Of a stretch of DNA of 64,000 nt, positions 12,747 through 26,177 are shown one piece after another; the stretch's first letter is position 1; each line of letters starts with the position of its first letter. The stretch covers positions 17,980,001 to 18,044,000 of the forward strand of contig OX597833.1 of NCBI GenBank assembly GCA_951406725.2, written 5' to 3'. A program made the position numbers and the translations under genes. Origin of the DNA: Octopus vulgaris (lineage: Eukaryota). The notes below the pieces were generated by a model. The model did not search any database. It was not told where the DNA came from and saw only the letters and a program-made list of their open reading frames with translations.

Positions 12747-13050
12747 GCGCATTGGCCCAGTGGTTAGGGCAGCGGACTCGCGGTTGTAGGATCGCGGTTT
12801 CGATTCCCAGACCAGGCGTTGTGAGTGTTTATTGAGCGAAAACACCTAAATCTCCACGAGGTTCCGGCAGGAGGTGGTGGCCATCCCTGCTGTACTCTTT
12901 CACCACAACTTTCTCTCACTCTTTCTTCTGTTGGCTTGCTCGCTTAGGCAGCGGGGTGGCGTCATTTGAAGGCTAAAACAATGCGAAGCGCATTGTGACC
13001 AGCGATGTGAAGCAACATCTGATAGCCTGGTCGGCCACGGTGATCACGGT
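12745..13050 (+). mobile_element. SINE family D
   Basis: ggcgcattggcccagtggttagggcagcggactcgcggttgtaggatcgcggtttcgattccc head; body matches 4588-4881. Confidence 0.8.
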
Positions 13051-13133
13051 GATATATATATATATATATTGGTAAAAATGGAAAGATAACAAAAGAAAGA
13101 AAGAAACCTCGATATTATGTAAATAGATGCATT

Positions 13134-13283
13134 TATCTGTAAATGTAATATGTGACAATTATTCAGTAGCCATTCCGATGGTCGGATAACTGAAGAGATG
13201 ACGGCATGGATTTCCACCTCGGCATCCGAAACTCAGAGTTTTATCTTGGCTACCGCCGAATAATTGTCACATATTACATTTAC

Positions 13284-13288
<5 letters not shown>
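13134..13288 (+). ncRNA. Hammerhead ribozyme motif (13185-13245) in the loop of a 40-bp inverted repeat
   Basis: GATAA CTGAAGA GATGACGG...CGGCATCC GAAA CTCAGAG TT TTATC: stem I GATAA/TTATC, stem III ACTC/GAGT, GUU triplet, imperfect stem II. Arms tatctgtaaatgtaatatgtgacaattattc / gaataattgtcacatattacatttacagata. Confidence 0.55.
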
Positions 13289-13326
<38 letters not shown>

Positions 13327-13507
13327 GGCCGTTCAGTTTTTTCTCAGATGATTGATTTTTTTTTCTTAACTGATCAATAAACAGACTGAGTAAACCTATC
13401 AGTAATGTACCTATAATGACTACAGGAAACAGTTGTAAGCCAAATTTGCTCTAATAAAGGAAAAATATGTCATGACCAATATCTATAACTTATCATATAT
13501 ACATATA

Positions 13508-14292
13508 TGTGTTCTGATCAATAAGTATCCAGAATGTTGCCTTAGTAACAAAGCCAGAGCATGCAGAGTAAAGCCGCTTGGCACAGATTGACCTTGAACT
13601 CTGCTGCGCATGTGCACTAAGTTTTAACGTTCTAGCTCACTTCCGCTGTTTACAGCAGTGGCTGGAAGGAAGGTGTGTAGCGTTTGATCGTCACATTGAC
13701 CAAGACAGAGAAAGTTGAGCAGAGAATCTGTATCAAATTTTGCCAAAAGCTTGGCGGTATCTACTCAGAGGCTTACGCAAAGTTTTTAAAAAGTTTTTAT
13801 CTTTCCTGACAAAATCAAAATCTTGTGCAACAGAAAGTCGAGTGTCTTTTGGGTCAGCTGAAAGCAGTTTTGGCACAAACTTAGTAGACACACCTCTCAT
13901 ACCCAAATCTTCAGTGATAATGGACTGAACTGAACCGTAACTAATCTGCATATTCTCTGATAACACACGGATGGTGATTCGATGATTTCCCTTCGCAGCT
14001 GCACGCACATCTGCGATGTTTTTCGCAGTCTTGCTGGTTGCGGGTCTTCCAGAACGTTTGTCAATATCGACTTTTTTTCTGCTATCTTGGAAACGTCTGG
14101 TTAATGCGACGATCACACGCTACACACCTTCCTTCTAAGCACTGCTGTAAACAGCGAAAGTGAGCTAGAACGTTAAAACTTAATGCGCATGCACAGCAGA
14201 GTTCAAGGTCAGTCTTTGTCAAGTAGCGTCACTCTGCATGATTTAGCTTCGTTACTATAGCAACAGTCCGGATATTTATTGATCAGACCTTG
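13508..14292. mobile_element. Rearranged mariner derivative with two 5' ends in inverted orientation
   Basis: About 190-bp inverted arms (13508-13700 / 14102-14292), TA flanks. Plus strand encodes TEKVEQRICIKFCQKLG (transposase N-terminus); minus strand encodes RSGRP..RITIR..ISYGSVQSIITEDLGMRGVSTKFVPKLL (second HTH and WVPHEL-like linker). Confidence 0.85.
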
Positions 14293-14500
14293 TATATATA
14301 TACAAAGTGAACATTTTAACAGGCGGCTTTAGCTATGTGCATACACACAGACACACAGACACACACACGCACATTGGGCTTTCCACGTACACATATTTAT
14401 GTCTGTTTACATTATATATACACTGTATATATACACACGTATATGTTTATATATATTTGTGTGTGTGTTTATGCTAGCGTGTGAGTATGCGCGCACATGT

Positions 14501-14543
<43 letters not shown>

Positions 14544-15063
14544 TACGTATGTATATGTGTGTTTGCATTTTTGTCTTTGGTCCCCACCGTCGCTTAGCAA
14601 CCAATGTTGCTTTGTTCACCTCTCGTAACTAGCAGTTCGGCAAAAAGATAAAGGGTCGAAAAAATATGTACCAGGCTTTACGCAAAAAAAATGTAGCAGT
14701 CGATTTTTTCGAGTGAATCCTTCAAGGTAGGACTGTGGAATGGTCGCAGTCCAATGACTGAAGCAAGCAAAAGCGAAAACGCTATCTCATGAATCAATCA
14801 TTTCAGAGGAAAACAATATTTCAAAAAAAATTACTATTTCACGTTTATTCTTTTATTCTTTCCGTCATTTGACTGTGGCCATGATGGAGCACCGCCTTAA
14901 ACGGTTTTGGTCGAAGAAATCGACCTCAGAACGTATTCTTTTTAAGCCTACCACGTATTCTATCGGTCTCTTTTACCGAACCGCTAAGTTACAAGGACAC
15001 AAGCACACCATCATCGGTTGTCAAGTGATGGTGGGGGCACAAACACAGACACAAATATATATA

Positions 15064-15300
15064 TACACACATACATACATACATACATACATACATACAT
15101 ACATACATACCTACATACATACATACATACATACATACATACATACATACATACATACATACATGTATACATACATACATGTATACATACCTACATACAT
15201 ACATACATACATACATACATACATACATACATACATACATACATACATACATACATACATACATACCTACATACATACATACATACATACATACATACAT

Positions 15301-15358
<58 letters not shown>
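15064..15358. repeat. (CATA)n/(CA)n microsatellite; representative of long tracts also at 27120-27570, 27690-29030 and 37525-38240
   Basis: Directly visible simple repeat; source of the HTYI/MYVC artefact ORFs. Confidence 0.95.
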
Positions 15359-15363
<5 letters not shown>

Positions 15364-15445
15364 AAATAGTAGGGAATATGATTCCAAAACTCACAGGGAA
15401 AAATTCAATTTAACAATTTTAAATCAAATTTCACAATATATAATA

Positions 15446-15634
15446 TATGTATATAATTTAGAGAAAGACCTCTATTAAACAATTCAATAAAGAAAGATGT
15501 TATTCACACCGTAAAGTAAACATATAAAGACCTTAAGAATAAGGTTGTTATAGTATATGTTTTCTATATGGTGTGAATAACATCTTTCTTCATTGAATTG
15601 TTTAAAAGAGGTTTTTCTCTAAATTATATACATA
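15446..15634. repeat. Inverted repeat, about 80-bp arms
   Basis: tatgtatataatttagagaaagacctct...ttattcacacc / ggtgtgaataa...agaggtttttctctaaattatatacata. Confidence 0.85.
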
Positions 15635-16070
15635 TACATGTGTGTCGCCCTAAGGCATATTTCTAACGCCAGCTCAAAATTTATTCGTCCTGTCGAAAAG
15701 ACGCTTCTCTGTGACATCCTGTTTTTGTTATTATTATTATCATTATTGCTTTTAAGTATTTTTGTACACTTATTCGTGTTATCATTATTGTTTTTATGTA
15801 TTTTTGTATTCATATTCGTGTAACATCGTCCGGTTTTCCGTCCTTGTTTTGTATACATTCGAGGCTTTCTTCCACGGAATCTAATGCGCTTGGCTTAGAT
15901 TTTCCTTTGGGTCTGGCCAAATCGGAGCAATCTCAAGATTAATCAGCCGAAATTGCGAGGATGATCCGGTTCTTGACTGAAGATTGAAGGCTTCGAATGT
16001 CCCGTCCGTGTTTTTAGTATCGTCTCCTAAATGTTTTACGTTCTTGTCCCAGTTTGTATTTTTTTACATT

Positions 16071-16109
<39 letters not shown>

Positions 16110-17150
16110 CGGACTTCTTTTCAGTTTTCGTTTACAAAATCAACTCACAAGGCTCTGGTCGGCACTAGGTGCCATGCAGTGGGACTGAACTCGGAACCAC
16201 GTGGTTGGGAAGCAAGCGTCTTACCACACAGCCACGTCTGCACCTCGTTATTTGTTATCTTTTACTTTGTTTCAATCACTTTACCAAAAGCAACCAGCTT
16301 TGCTAGAAATAGGAGTCAACATCCCAAAGCCTCAAATTTCTCGCTATAAATAAACATGCACAGTTAATGCAGCGAATATAAGAAAAATAGCTCCTTGCCT
16401 TTGCAAAAACCACAAAGTAAAGAACAGATATCTTAGCATCAATCGATTTCACCTTTTGTGCTAAAATCACTGAGGATCATCAGTTAAGTTTACTGATTTT
16501 TCAAAATATACTCACTACACCATGCACGTCTGTTTACTTGAATGCCCCGGCGACATTCAAAGACGAACCATAATGAGTAAAGGTTGTTTGCCAACATAAC
16601 TTGGTAGTCCTAGTTTAGGACGAATGTTGCTGTAATTTAGCCCCAGGAGACATCGTCTCCAGCTGGCTATGCGACGCGATCTGTGTCCTTATATTTTTGA
16701 ACAAGGGAATCTAGCACCCCCACTCAGCTCAAAATAATATCTGTGTATCGCGATTTCCGGGTTATGCGTAATAAGTTAAGAAGTTTAATAATATATTACA
16801 TAAGCACACACACAAACACACACACACGCACACACACACGACAGACTTCCACGTAGTTTCCGTCAACTAAATTCACTCGCGAGACATTAGTCGGGCCGGA
16901 GCTATTGTAGAAGGCACGTGTCCAAGGTGTTGTAAAATGAGACTGAACCCGAAGCCTCATAGTTGCAAACCGAGCTTTTTAATCACACGGCCATGTCAGC
17001 AATTTTTGTTATATTGGCGTGGCTATATGGTAAGAAGCTTGCTTCCCAATCACCTGATTCCGAGTTCAATCCTACTACAGCCTCGGACTGACCAAAGCAT
17101 TGTGAGTGGATTAGGTAGCCGGAAACTGTAAGAAGCCCGTCGTATATATG

Positions 17151-17204
<54 letters not shown>

Positions 17205-17216
17205 GTATAGATATAG

Positions 17217-17268
<52 letters not shown>

Positions 17269-17936
17269 CTGAGTTTGTACCGCCACAATCGCTTGATAAC
17301 CGATGTTGGTGGATTTATGTCCTCGTAGCTTAGCGGTTCGGCAAAAAAACCCCGATTGAATAAGTACTAGGCTTGCAAAGAATAAGTCCTGGGATCAATT
17401 TCTTCGACTAAAACCCTTAAAGGCGGTGCTCCAGCATGGCCGCAGCCAAACGACTGAAACATATAAAAGAATAAAGAATAAGATCTACGAAATAAACTGA
17501 TAAATTTTCTCCGCTTATTTTACGTCAAATATCCATTGCTTAAATTTCTTTAACGGATGAGTCTAGCACAATGAGAGCCATTTCATTAAGTTCGACCTAA
17601 TTCATAACACATTGGTACTTACAGAATCTTACATTTTGAACATCATCCTTGGACGAGCCTTCAAACTTGACGCCGTCGTTTCATGGATCATTACAATCTG
17701 ATTCAGTTCTCGTGTAGCGAACATCACAAATAACTAAATGAATTCAATCAGTGCGTATCATACTTGATATTCGTTGTTAATGTTATTACCAAATTTAACC
17801 CTGTCCCTACCTACACCACTTACGATTGTGCCTATATCATTTTCGAAATGAACGATGGATTTAGAAAATTTTGTTTCTGAAAGTTCCATAATTTATTTAT
17901 TTATTTATTTTTGCCGTCAGGTAAACTTTCATAAAA

Positions 17937-18455
17937 GTGGAGGCACGTGGCTTAGTGATTCGGGTGTCAGCATCATGATCGTAAGATTGTAATTTCGATT
18001 CCTGGACCGGGCGACGCGATGTGTTCTTGAGCAAAACACTTCATTTCACGTTGCTCCAGTCCACTCAGCCGGCAAAAATGAGTAACGCTGCGATGGACTG
18101 GTGTCATGTCCAGGGGAAGAACACACACGCCATTGAAACCGGGAAACCGGGCCCATGAACCTGGCTAGGCTTTAAAAGGGCGCATTTATTTATTTGTGGA
18201 GGCGCGTGGCTTAGTGGTTACAGTGTCAGCATCATGATCGTAAGATTGTGGTTTCGATTCCTGGACCGGGCGACGCATTGTGTTCTTGAGCAAAACACTT
18301 CATTTCACGTTGCTCCTGTCCACTCAGCTGGCAAAAATGAGTAACGCTGCGATGGACCGGCGTTCCGTCCAGCTGGGGAACACATACGCCATTGAAACCG
18401 GGAATCCGGACCCATGAGCCTGGCTAGGCTTTAAAAAGGCGCATTTATTTATTAT
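17937..18455 (+). mobile_element. SINE family C head-to-tail dimer
   Basis: Two copies of about 258 bp, gtggaggc(a/g)cgtggcttagtg...ggtttcgattcctggacc...ctgcgatggac...gcgcatttatttatt; further copies at 58625-58850 (+) and 63450-63703 (-). Confidence 0.85.
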
Positions 18456-18727
18456 TTATTTTAAACTTTCATAAATTCTAATTATTCCTAAATTTCTGTA
18501 CAAGTCCACACTAGCACATTCATTAACATTCAAATAACTACATTGAAAGAAAGAAAGATATAGCGTTGTCGTCATCAGTTCTTTGCCTCGTTTCTGAAAA
18601 TTCATTTCTTTCTTTGCTGAACGCTTCCTTATGGTGATACCGTTAATGATTCTGTAGACCAATTCTTGCAGAGAAAAGTCGATGGCATTGACAGTATGGT
18701 AACGTCGGTGGAGGACGCGGTTGATTT

Positions 18728-19140
18728 TTACTCTTCTACTCTTTACTCTTTTACTTGTTTCAGTCATTTGACTGCGGCTATGCTGGAGCACCGCCTTTAG
18801 TCGAGCAAATTGACCGCAGGACTTATTCTTTGTAAGCCTAGTACTTACTTATTCTATCGGTCTCTTTTGCCGAACCGCTAAGTTACGGGGACGTAAACAC
18901 ATGGGTATCGGTTGTCAAGCGATGATGTGGGAGGGACGAACACAGACACATAAACACACACACATATACATACATATACATATATACGACAGGCGTCTTT
19001 CAGTTTCCGTCTACCAAATCCACTCACAAGGCTTCGGTCGGCCCGAGGCTATAGCAGAAGACACTTGCCCAAGGTGCCACGCAGTGGGACTGAATCCGGA
19101 GCCATGTGGTTAGTAAGCAAGCTACTTACCACACAGCCAC
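18728..19140 (-). mobile_element. SINE family A, near full length, inside the RTE fragment
   Basis: Complete 3' module, internal microsatellite and head. Confidence 0.85.
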
Positions 19141-19389
19141 TCTCCCGTCGTTTGATTTCTTCCTCTTCCTTTCAGGGGATCTTCGAAGTTTTTGGTTCTG
19201 ATGGTGATGGACCACAGCCCCTCGGTACGGCCCCGGGCTTGTCTTACAAACGATTTAGGCTCAATTCCAGTGACTTTTATTGTTACTTTGAGTTGGTCCT
19301 TGTATCTTTGAAGAGGTCAACCCAATGGCCTTTTTCTTGAAGTGAGCCAACAGAATAAGACTTGGCGTGGTAACCTTGATTCTTGATTA

Positions 19390-19610
19390 TAGGCGGCGAG
19401 CTGGCAGAAACGTTAGCACGCCGGGCGAAATGCTTATCGGTATTTCGTTCTGAGTTCAAATTCTGCCGGAGTCGACTTTGCCTTTCATCCTTTCGGGGTC
19501 GATTAAATAAGTACCAGTTACGCACTGGGTTCTATATAATCGACTTAATCCGTTTGTCTGTCCTTGTTTGTCCTCTCTGTGTTTAGCCCCTTGTGGGTAG
19601 TAAAGAAATA
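19390..19610 (+). mobile_element. SINE family B, full length, with a 16-bp target-site duplication
   Basis: ggtaaccttgattctt at 19369-19384 and 19611-19626 flanks aggcggcgagctggcagaaacg...gtagtaaagaaata. Confidence 0.9.
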
Positions 19611-20450
19611 GGTAACCTTGATTCTTCCATTTTTGCTGCATGCCCTGACCATCGAAAAAAGATATATATATCCATCTAAAGAAATACTGAATTTTTCAAA
19701 ATTCATCATTCTTTTACAATTAAAGCGTGGAAGACATATATTAACAATTCAAACACACATAAAAACTGTTAACTTCACTAAAACATTTATTATTTGCTAT
19801 CAAAATATTTTACGAAATTCAAAGCTTTTGTGTTTCTGAATGGTTAATGTCTTTCATATAATAATTGTTTTAGTTTCAGCTCACGGTCTCAAATCAAATC
19901 AGTTACCGGACTAATATATCTCCGAAGCTTTGTTTTTGTAATTCAACTAATTATAATTATTTTCATTAAATCATATTGGCATTGATTCATTCATGTTAAA
20001 CGAGAACCATTCTTTGGTAAAACTGACCATTTATCATCAACAGCTTCCCTAATATAATCACGATTAATTATTGCATTGACGAAAAATCCAAGAGAAACGA
20101 ATTCGGTTATTATTTCTTGCATAGCTCCGGTTTATTATTACAATAAAGAACATTTCGCTTTTGCGTTTGATTTATAAGATTCTTAATGTGAACTCGAGTG
20201 TTGAAACATATTTTGTTGTATCCCGGATAGGTCTTTACACCAATAATAAACTCCCGCACTGGTTCTATTTCAATCAGATTATTATCACTCAATTCGATAA
20301 CATTTAAGCAATTAGCTGATCGCTTGTTTGATTAATAGTTCGTGTAATTAAAATTAGCTAAATTTGTCAAAATCCTTTCGTCACTATTCGCGAACTCATC
20401 AATGACAAGTTAGTAAATTAGTGAAATAAACGTAAATTAGTTGACTAATG

Positions 20451-20511
<61 letters not shown>

Positions 20512-20584
20512 CAAAAGTGAAATAAAATCACTGCGTGCGTTTATTATTGGTACAATGACTCTCTTGAGATACAATAAAGGTTTC

Positions 20585-20626
<42 letters not shown>

Positions 20627-20628
<2 letters not shown>

Positions 20629-21066
20629 GTGTGTGTGTGTGTGTGAGTGAGTGAGTGAGTGAGTGTGTGAGTGAGTGAGTGAGTGAGTGAGTGAATGAGT
20701 GAGTGTGTGAGTGAGTGAGTGAGTGAGTGAGTGTGTGAGTGAGTGAGTGAGTGTGTGAATGAGTGAGTGAGTGAGTGAGTGAGTGTGTGAGTGAGTGAGT
20801 GAGTGAGTGAATGAGTGAGTGAGTGAGTGAGTGAGCGAGTGAGTGAATGAGTGAGTGAATGAGTGTGTGAGTGAGCGAGTGAGCGAGTGAGTGAATGAGT
20901 GAGTGAGTGAGTGAGTGAGTGTGTGAGTGAGTGAGTGAGTGAGTGAGTGAATGAGTGAGTGAGTGAGTGAGTGAGTGAGTGAGTGTGTGAGTGAGTGAGG
21001 GAGTGAGTGAATGAGTGAGTGTGTGAGTGAGTGAGGGAGTGAGTGAGTGAGTGAGTGAGTGAGTGA
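20627..21066. repeat. (GAGT)n microsatellite
   Basis: Directly visible. Confidence 0.95.
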
Positions 21067-21348
21067 ATCGATTTATTCCGGAGAAGATTCATCGATATCA
21101 ATTGGAGTTTTTGAGAAAAGATCATTGTAAACTATTTTTAAATGGTATAAAAATTGCTTTACAGCTATTTGTTGTTTAATAACCAGGAATTACCAAGAAA
21201 TGCCAAGCAATTTCAGTTATTTCCCATTGCATTTTCATCAAATTTCTCAGGAATTTGGAATTCACAAATCCCGAGAGAGAAGCCCTATTAATTCTGCTAG
21301 ACTATTTCAATACAGCATTCAGTTAACTGCCATCAAATACATGCGAAC

Positions 21349-21770
21349 AGGCGCAGGAGTGGCTGTGTGGTAAGTAGCTTGCTAACCAACCACATGGTTC
21401 CGGGTTCAGTCCCACTGCGTGGCACCTTGGGCAAGTGTCTTCTGCTATAGCCCCGGGCCGACCAATGCCTTGTGAGTGGATTTGGTAGACGGAAACTGAA
21501 AGAAGCCTGTCGTATATATGTATATATATATATGTATGTGTGTGTGTGTTTGTGTGTCTGTGTTTCTCCCCCTAGCATTGCTTGACAAACGATGCTGGTT
21601 TGTTTACGTCCCCGTCACTTAGCGGTTCAGCAAAAGAGACCGATAGAATAAGTACTGGGCTTACAAAGAATAAGTCCCGGGGTTGATTTGCTCGACTAAA
21701 AAGGCAGTGCTCCAGCACGGCCGCAGTCAAATGACTGAAACAAGTAAAAGAGTAAAAGAGAGTAAAGAGT
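21349..21770 (+). mobile_element. SINE family A, full-length reference copy
   Basis: ggcgcaggagtggctgtgtggtaag (A box), gggttcagtccc (B box), internal (TA)/(TG) tract, tail (gtaaaaga)n. Other copies at about 17015-17475, 25128-25710, 48258-48605, 50797-51150, 52650-53580 and 56275-56660. Confidence 0.9.
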
Positions 21771-21783
21771 ATGTGACAAATAT

Positions 21784-23010
21784 GAGAGGATAATCGCGTG
21801 CCTTCGATCTATTATTAAAATAAACCTTCCGCGTGTTTCAAAGAAATATCTGTTGTCAGCTACATTGAAGGCATTTTATTTTTGACCAAGTGAATGGAAA
21901 TTCAAGAAGGCAGAGTATGTATCTCGGGGTAGAGTTCTGAATACTACATAGAAATATACGTAGGATTCTGTAATATGGTGAACTGGAGAATTTTCGATTA
22001 ACTAAAATTATCCATTTAGTTTATAGGCAACAACTCCCTCTGGTGATATTTAAAATCTAAAACCTACAGCCATAGGAGACAACTCTAATATCAACTAAGA
22101 AGTTCTGTGAAAATTAAGATAATTCTCAAGGATGTGAATTTTGTTTTTAGAGTGAAATAGTGAAAGCAACGGAGCTGTTTCGATGTTAATTAATTGAGAG
22201 GATCATCGCGTGCCTTCGATCTATTATTAAAATAAACCTTCCGTGTGTTTCAAAGAAATATCTGTTGTCAGCTACATTGAAGGCATTTATTTTTGACCAA
22301 GTGAATGGAAATTCAAGAAGGCAGAGTATGTATCTCGGGGTAGAGTTCTGAATACTACATAGAAACATACGTAGCATTCTGTAATATAGTGAACTGGAAA
22401 ATTTTCGATTAACTAAAATTATCCATTCAGTTTATAGGCAACAACTCCCTCTGGTGATATTTAAAATCTAAAACCTACAGCCATAGGAGACAACTCTGAT
22501 ATTAACTAAGAAGTTCTGTGAAAATTAAGATAATTCTCAAGGATGTGAATTTTGTTTTTAGAGTGAAATAGTGAAAGCAACGGAGCTGTTTCGATGTTAA
22601 TTAATTGAGAGAATCATCGCGTGCCTTCGATCTATTATTAAAATAAACCTTCCGTGTGTTTCAAAGAAATATCTGTTGTCAGCTACATTGAAGGCATTTA
22701 TTTTTGACCAAGTGAATGGAAATTCAAGAAGGCAGAGTATGTATCTCGGGGTAGAGTTCTGAATACTACATAGAAACATACGTAGCATTCTGTAATATAG
22801 TGAACTGGAAAATTTTCGATTAACTAAAATTATCCATTCAGTTTATAGGCAACAACTCCCTCTGGTGATATTTAAAATCTAAAACCTACAGCCATAGGGG
22901 ACAACTCTGATATTAACTAAGAAGTTCTGTGAAAATTAAAATAATGCTCAAGGATGTGAACCTTGCTTTTAGAGTGAAATAGTGAAAGCAACGGAGCTGT
23001 TTCGATGTTA
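21784..23010. repeat. Tandem repeat, three units of about 411 bp
   Basis: Units start at 21784, 22196 and 22607; units 2 and 3 give identical 63-aa ORFs in the track. Confidence 0.95.
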
Positions 23011-23552
23011 TTTAATTTCCTCAGTTGGCAAGACTTAGGCGACTAATGTCAAATTTTTACTAACAGAATGTTTCGTGACTTGAAAGCCAAGCCTCAGAAA
23101 ACGATATACCGTGAAAAACGTCGCAAACCAAGCTCCATTTCCACGAGTGCGTTTTTTGGGGGCCTAAGCTAATCGAGCAAAATATGCGCCATTTTAAAAT
23201 AATACATCCCTACCATTCTTTGCCCGATTTTTCCATCCGTGCCTATCAAAATAATTTCTTTCTCGGTTAGACTTACTCATTTTAAATAATTTCAAGGAGG
23301 ACTTTACACAACAGTTCTAAGTAATATATGTATGCCTGTGTGGGTGAGTATGTGTATGCATGAACATGTGTAACCTGACATTAACATATACGTATTTATG
23401 TTATACATTGGATAAACGTCATCTGCTATAGAACTCTATATGATTCAAAAGGCAAAAAATAAAAAGGAAAAACGGTATATGCCAATTTTTTTATACCATA
23501 ACGGGTAAGTTTCACTGCATGGTTCCGCTTACAGTAATTATATATATGTATA

Positions 23553-23641
<89 letters not shown>

Positions 23642-23648
23642 GTATGTA

Positions 23649-23684
<36 letters not shown>

Positions 23685-23741
23685 TGTATGTATGTATGAT
23701 AGATAGATGTGTGTTATATATATATATATATAGAGATAGAT

Positions 23742-23792
<51 letters not shown>

Positions 23793-24039
23793 ACCACTAG
23801 CAATAACCACGCCTCGGATTTAGTTCACTGGTCATGGTACCGCCTCTTCACAAAGTTATATATATATGTATTATATATATAATATTATATATATAAATAT
23901 ACACATACATATACATTCATATACACATAGATAAATAGATAAAGATACTGATATGTACAGTCATATGAATATACATATATAAATATTCATATATTTACAA
24001 ACATATATACATTCTTATATATATATATGCTATATATAT

Positions 24040-24161
<122 letters not shown>

Positions 24162-24176
24162 GTATATGTGTAAAAC

Positions 24177-24241
<65 letters not shown>

Positions 24242-24661
24242 GTATATATTTATATATGTTCTCCCGCACACTTTCACTCTCCATCCATTTCCTTCTCGCT
24301 TCTCTTTGTCTATATGTGCTCGCACGCGCGTGTGTGCGCGTGTGTACATGAGTATGTATGTGCGCGTGTTCGTGTGCCACGCTTCTTATAAGAATTATGT
24401 TAAGTGCACAGATGCCTGTGAAGCGCCTGGCCACTTAGACGTTAATTCAGGAGCAAGTCACTCACTTGACCAAACGACTGAATTGAATCTTCGTCCTCAG
24501 GCAACGGAGATCCACCACACACACACACACACGCACACACACACGCACACACACACACACACTCACACAGACACAGACACACACACACATATTGAAGTAT
24601 ACAACACGTGGTAAGAAGTTTGCTTCCCAACCGCAAAGCCTGAAAGAAGCCCGTCGTGTTT

Positions 24662-24662
24662 A

Positions 24663-24715
<53 letters not shown>

Positions 24716-24744
24716 GAGAGTGAGAGAGTAAGAGAGTGAGTGTT

Positions 24745-24775
<31 letters not shown>

Positions 24776-24914
24776 AAGAAAGAGAGAGAGAGTGAGAGAG
24801 TAAGAGAGTGAGTGTTTGTGTGTGTGTGTGTGTGAGAGAGAGAAAGAGAGAGATAGAGAGTGAGAGAGAGAAAGAGAGAGATAGAGAGTGAGAGAGTGAG
24901 TGTTTGTGTGCGTA

Positions 24915-24945
<31 letters not shown>

Positions 24946-25062
24946 AAGAGAGAGAGAGAGGGTGAGAGAGTGAGTGTTTGTGTGTGTGTGAGAGAAAGAG
25001 AGAGAGAGAGTGAGTGTTTGTGTGTGTGTGTGTGTGAGAGAGAGAGAAAGAGAGAGAATGAG

Positions 25063-25092
<30 letters not shown>
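24662..25092. repeat. Compound (GT)n/(GA)n microsatellite with higher-order periodicity
   Basis: Recurring gagtgagtgtttgtgtgtg...gagagagaaagag blocks. Confidence 0.85.
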
Positions 25093-25097
<5 letters not shown>

Positions 25098-25275
25098 ACA
25101 TGCAAATATATGTGCATATATATATACATTAGCTTGCTTACCAACCACATGGTTCTGGGTTCATTTCCACTGCGTGGCACCTTGGGCAAGTGTCTTCTAC
25201 TATAGCCTCGGGCCGACCAAAGCCATGTGAGTGGATTTGGTAGACAGAAACTGAAAGAAGCCTGTCGTATATATG

Positions 25276-25313
<38 letters not shown>

Positions 25314-26122
25314 GCTGTGTGGTAAGTAGCTTGCTAACCAACCACATTGTTCCGGGTTCAGTCCCACTGCGTGGCATCTTGAGCAAGTGTCTTCTGCTAT
25401 AGCCTCGGGCCGACCAAAGCCTTGTGAGTGGATTTGGCAGACAGAAACTGAAAGAAGTTCGTCGTATATATGTATATATATATATATGTATGTGTGTGCA
25501 TATGTTTGTGTGTCTTTGTTTGTCCCCCAACATCGCTTGACAACCGATGCTGGTGTGATGCTGGTGTGTTTACGTCCCCGTAACTTAGCGGTTCGACAAA
25601 AGAGACCGATAGGCTTACAAAGAATAAATCATGTGGTCGATTTGCTCGACTAAAGGCGATGCTCCAGCATGGCCACAGTCAAATGACTGAAACAAGTAAA
25701 AGAGTAAATCAAGAATATAAATCCTCTTAAAGGGATGTCAGCATCCAAGTGGCCCCTTTTTATCCAGAGGTGAAATTGAGTTTGATATTGATCAGAATTG
25801 CATTACGTTCTAATAAATTGATTTCTATGTCAATTTCTCCGTTTTCTTTTTTTCATATATATATATATATATATATAATATATTAATAAATAAAACATAT
25901 CCATATATATATACATATATGTACGTCCCTACATATACATGTATATATACACGCATATATGAGTACAGGACACCAAAAAAACGTCGAACACCATGAGAAA
26001 CGAAAACATAGACACAAATCCAAGGAACTGGATATTTTTTTTTAAACAACAAAAAAATAGAGTACAGGACAAATAACACAAAGAAAAACCCCCTTCTTCA
26101 GTCGCCATGGTTTCATCTACTC

Positions 26123-26177
<55 letters not shown>

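Larger units (their letters stand above)
18545..19655 (-). mobile_element. RTE-clade LINE 3' fragment interrupted by two SINEs
   Basis: After removing the SINEs the minus strand reads RWSGHAAKMEESRLPRQVLF...RPLG*PLQRYKDQLKVTIK...FE, then CQCHRLFSARIGLQNH*RYH, matching the RTE post-RT motif and C-terminal Cys/His motif; contains stops. Confidence 0.75.

Noticed and set aside
12745-12815. tRNA gene candidates at SINE heads (also 17937 and 21349)
   Set aside because: A and B boxes are present but there is no complete cloverleaf, and each runs into a SINE body.
18560-18575. CTGATGA on the minus strand in the RTE 3' region
   Set aside because: No downstream GAAA or stem III.
21333-21578. Recurrent peptide [15 protein letters not shown]...[17 protein letters not shown] resembling a gene family
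   Set aside because: It is the antisense translation of SINE family A.
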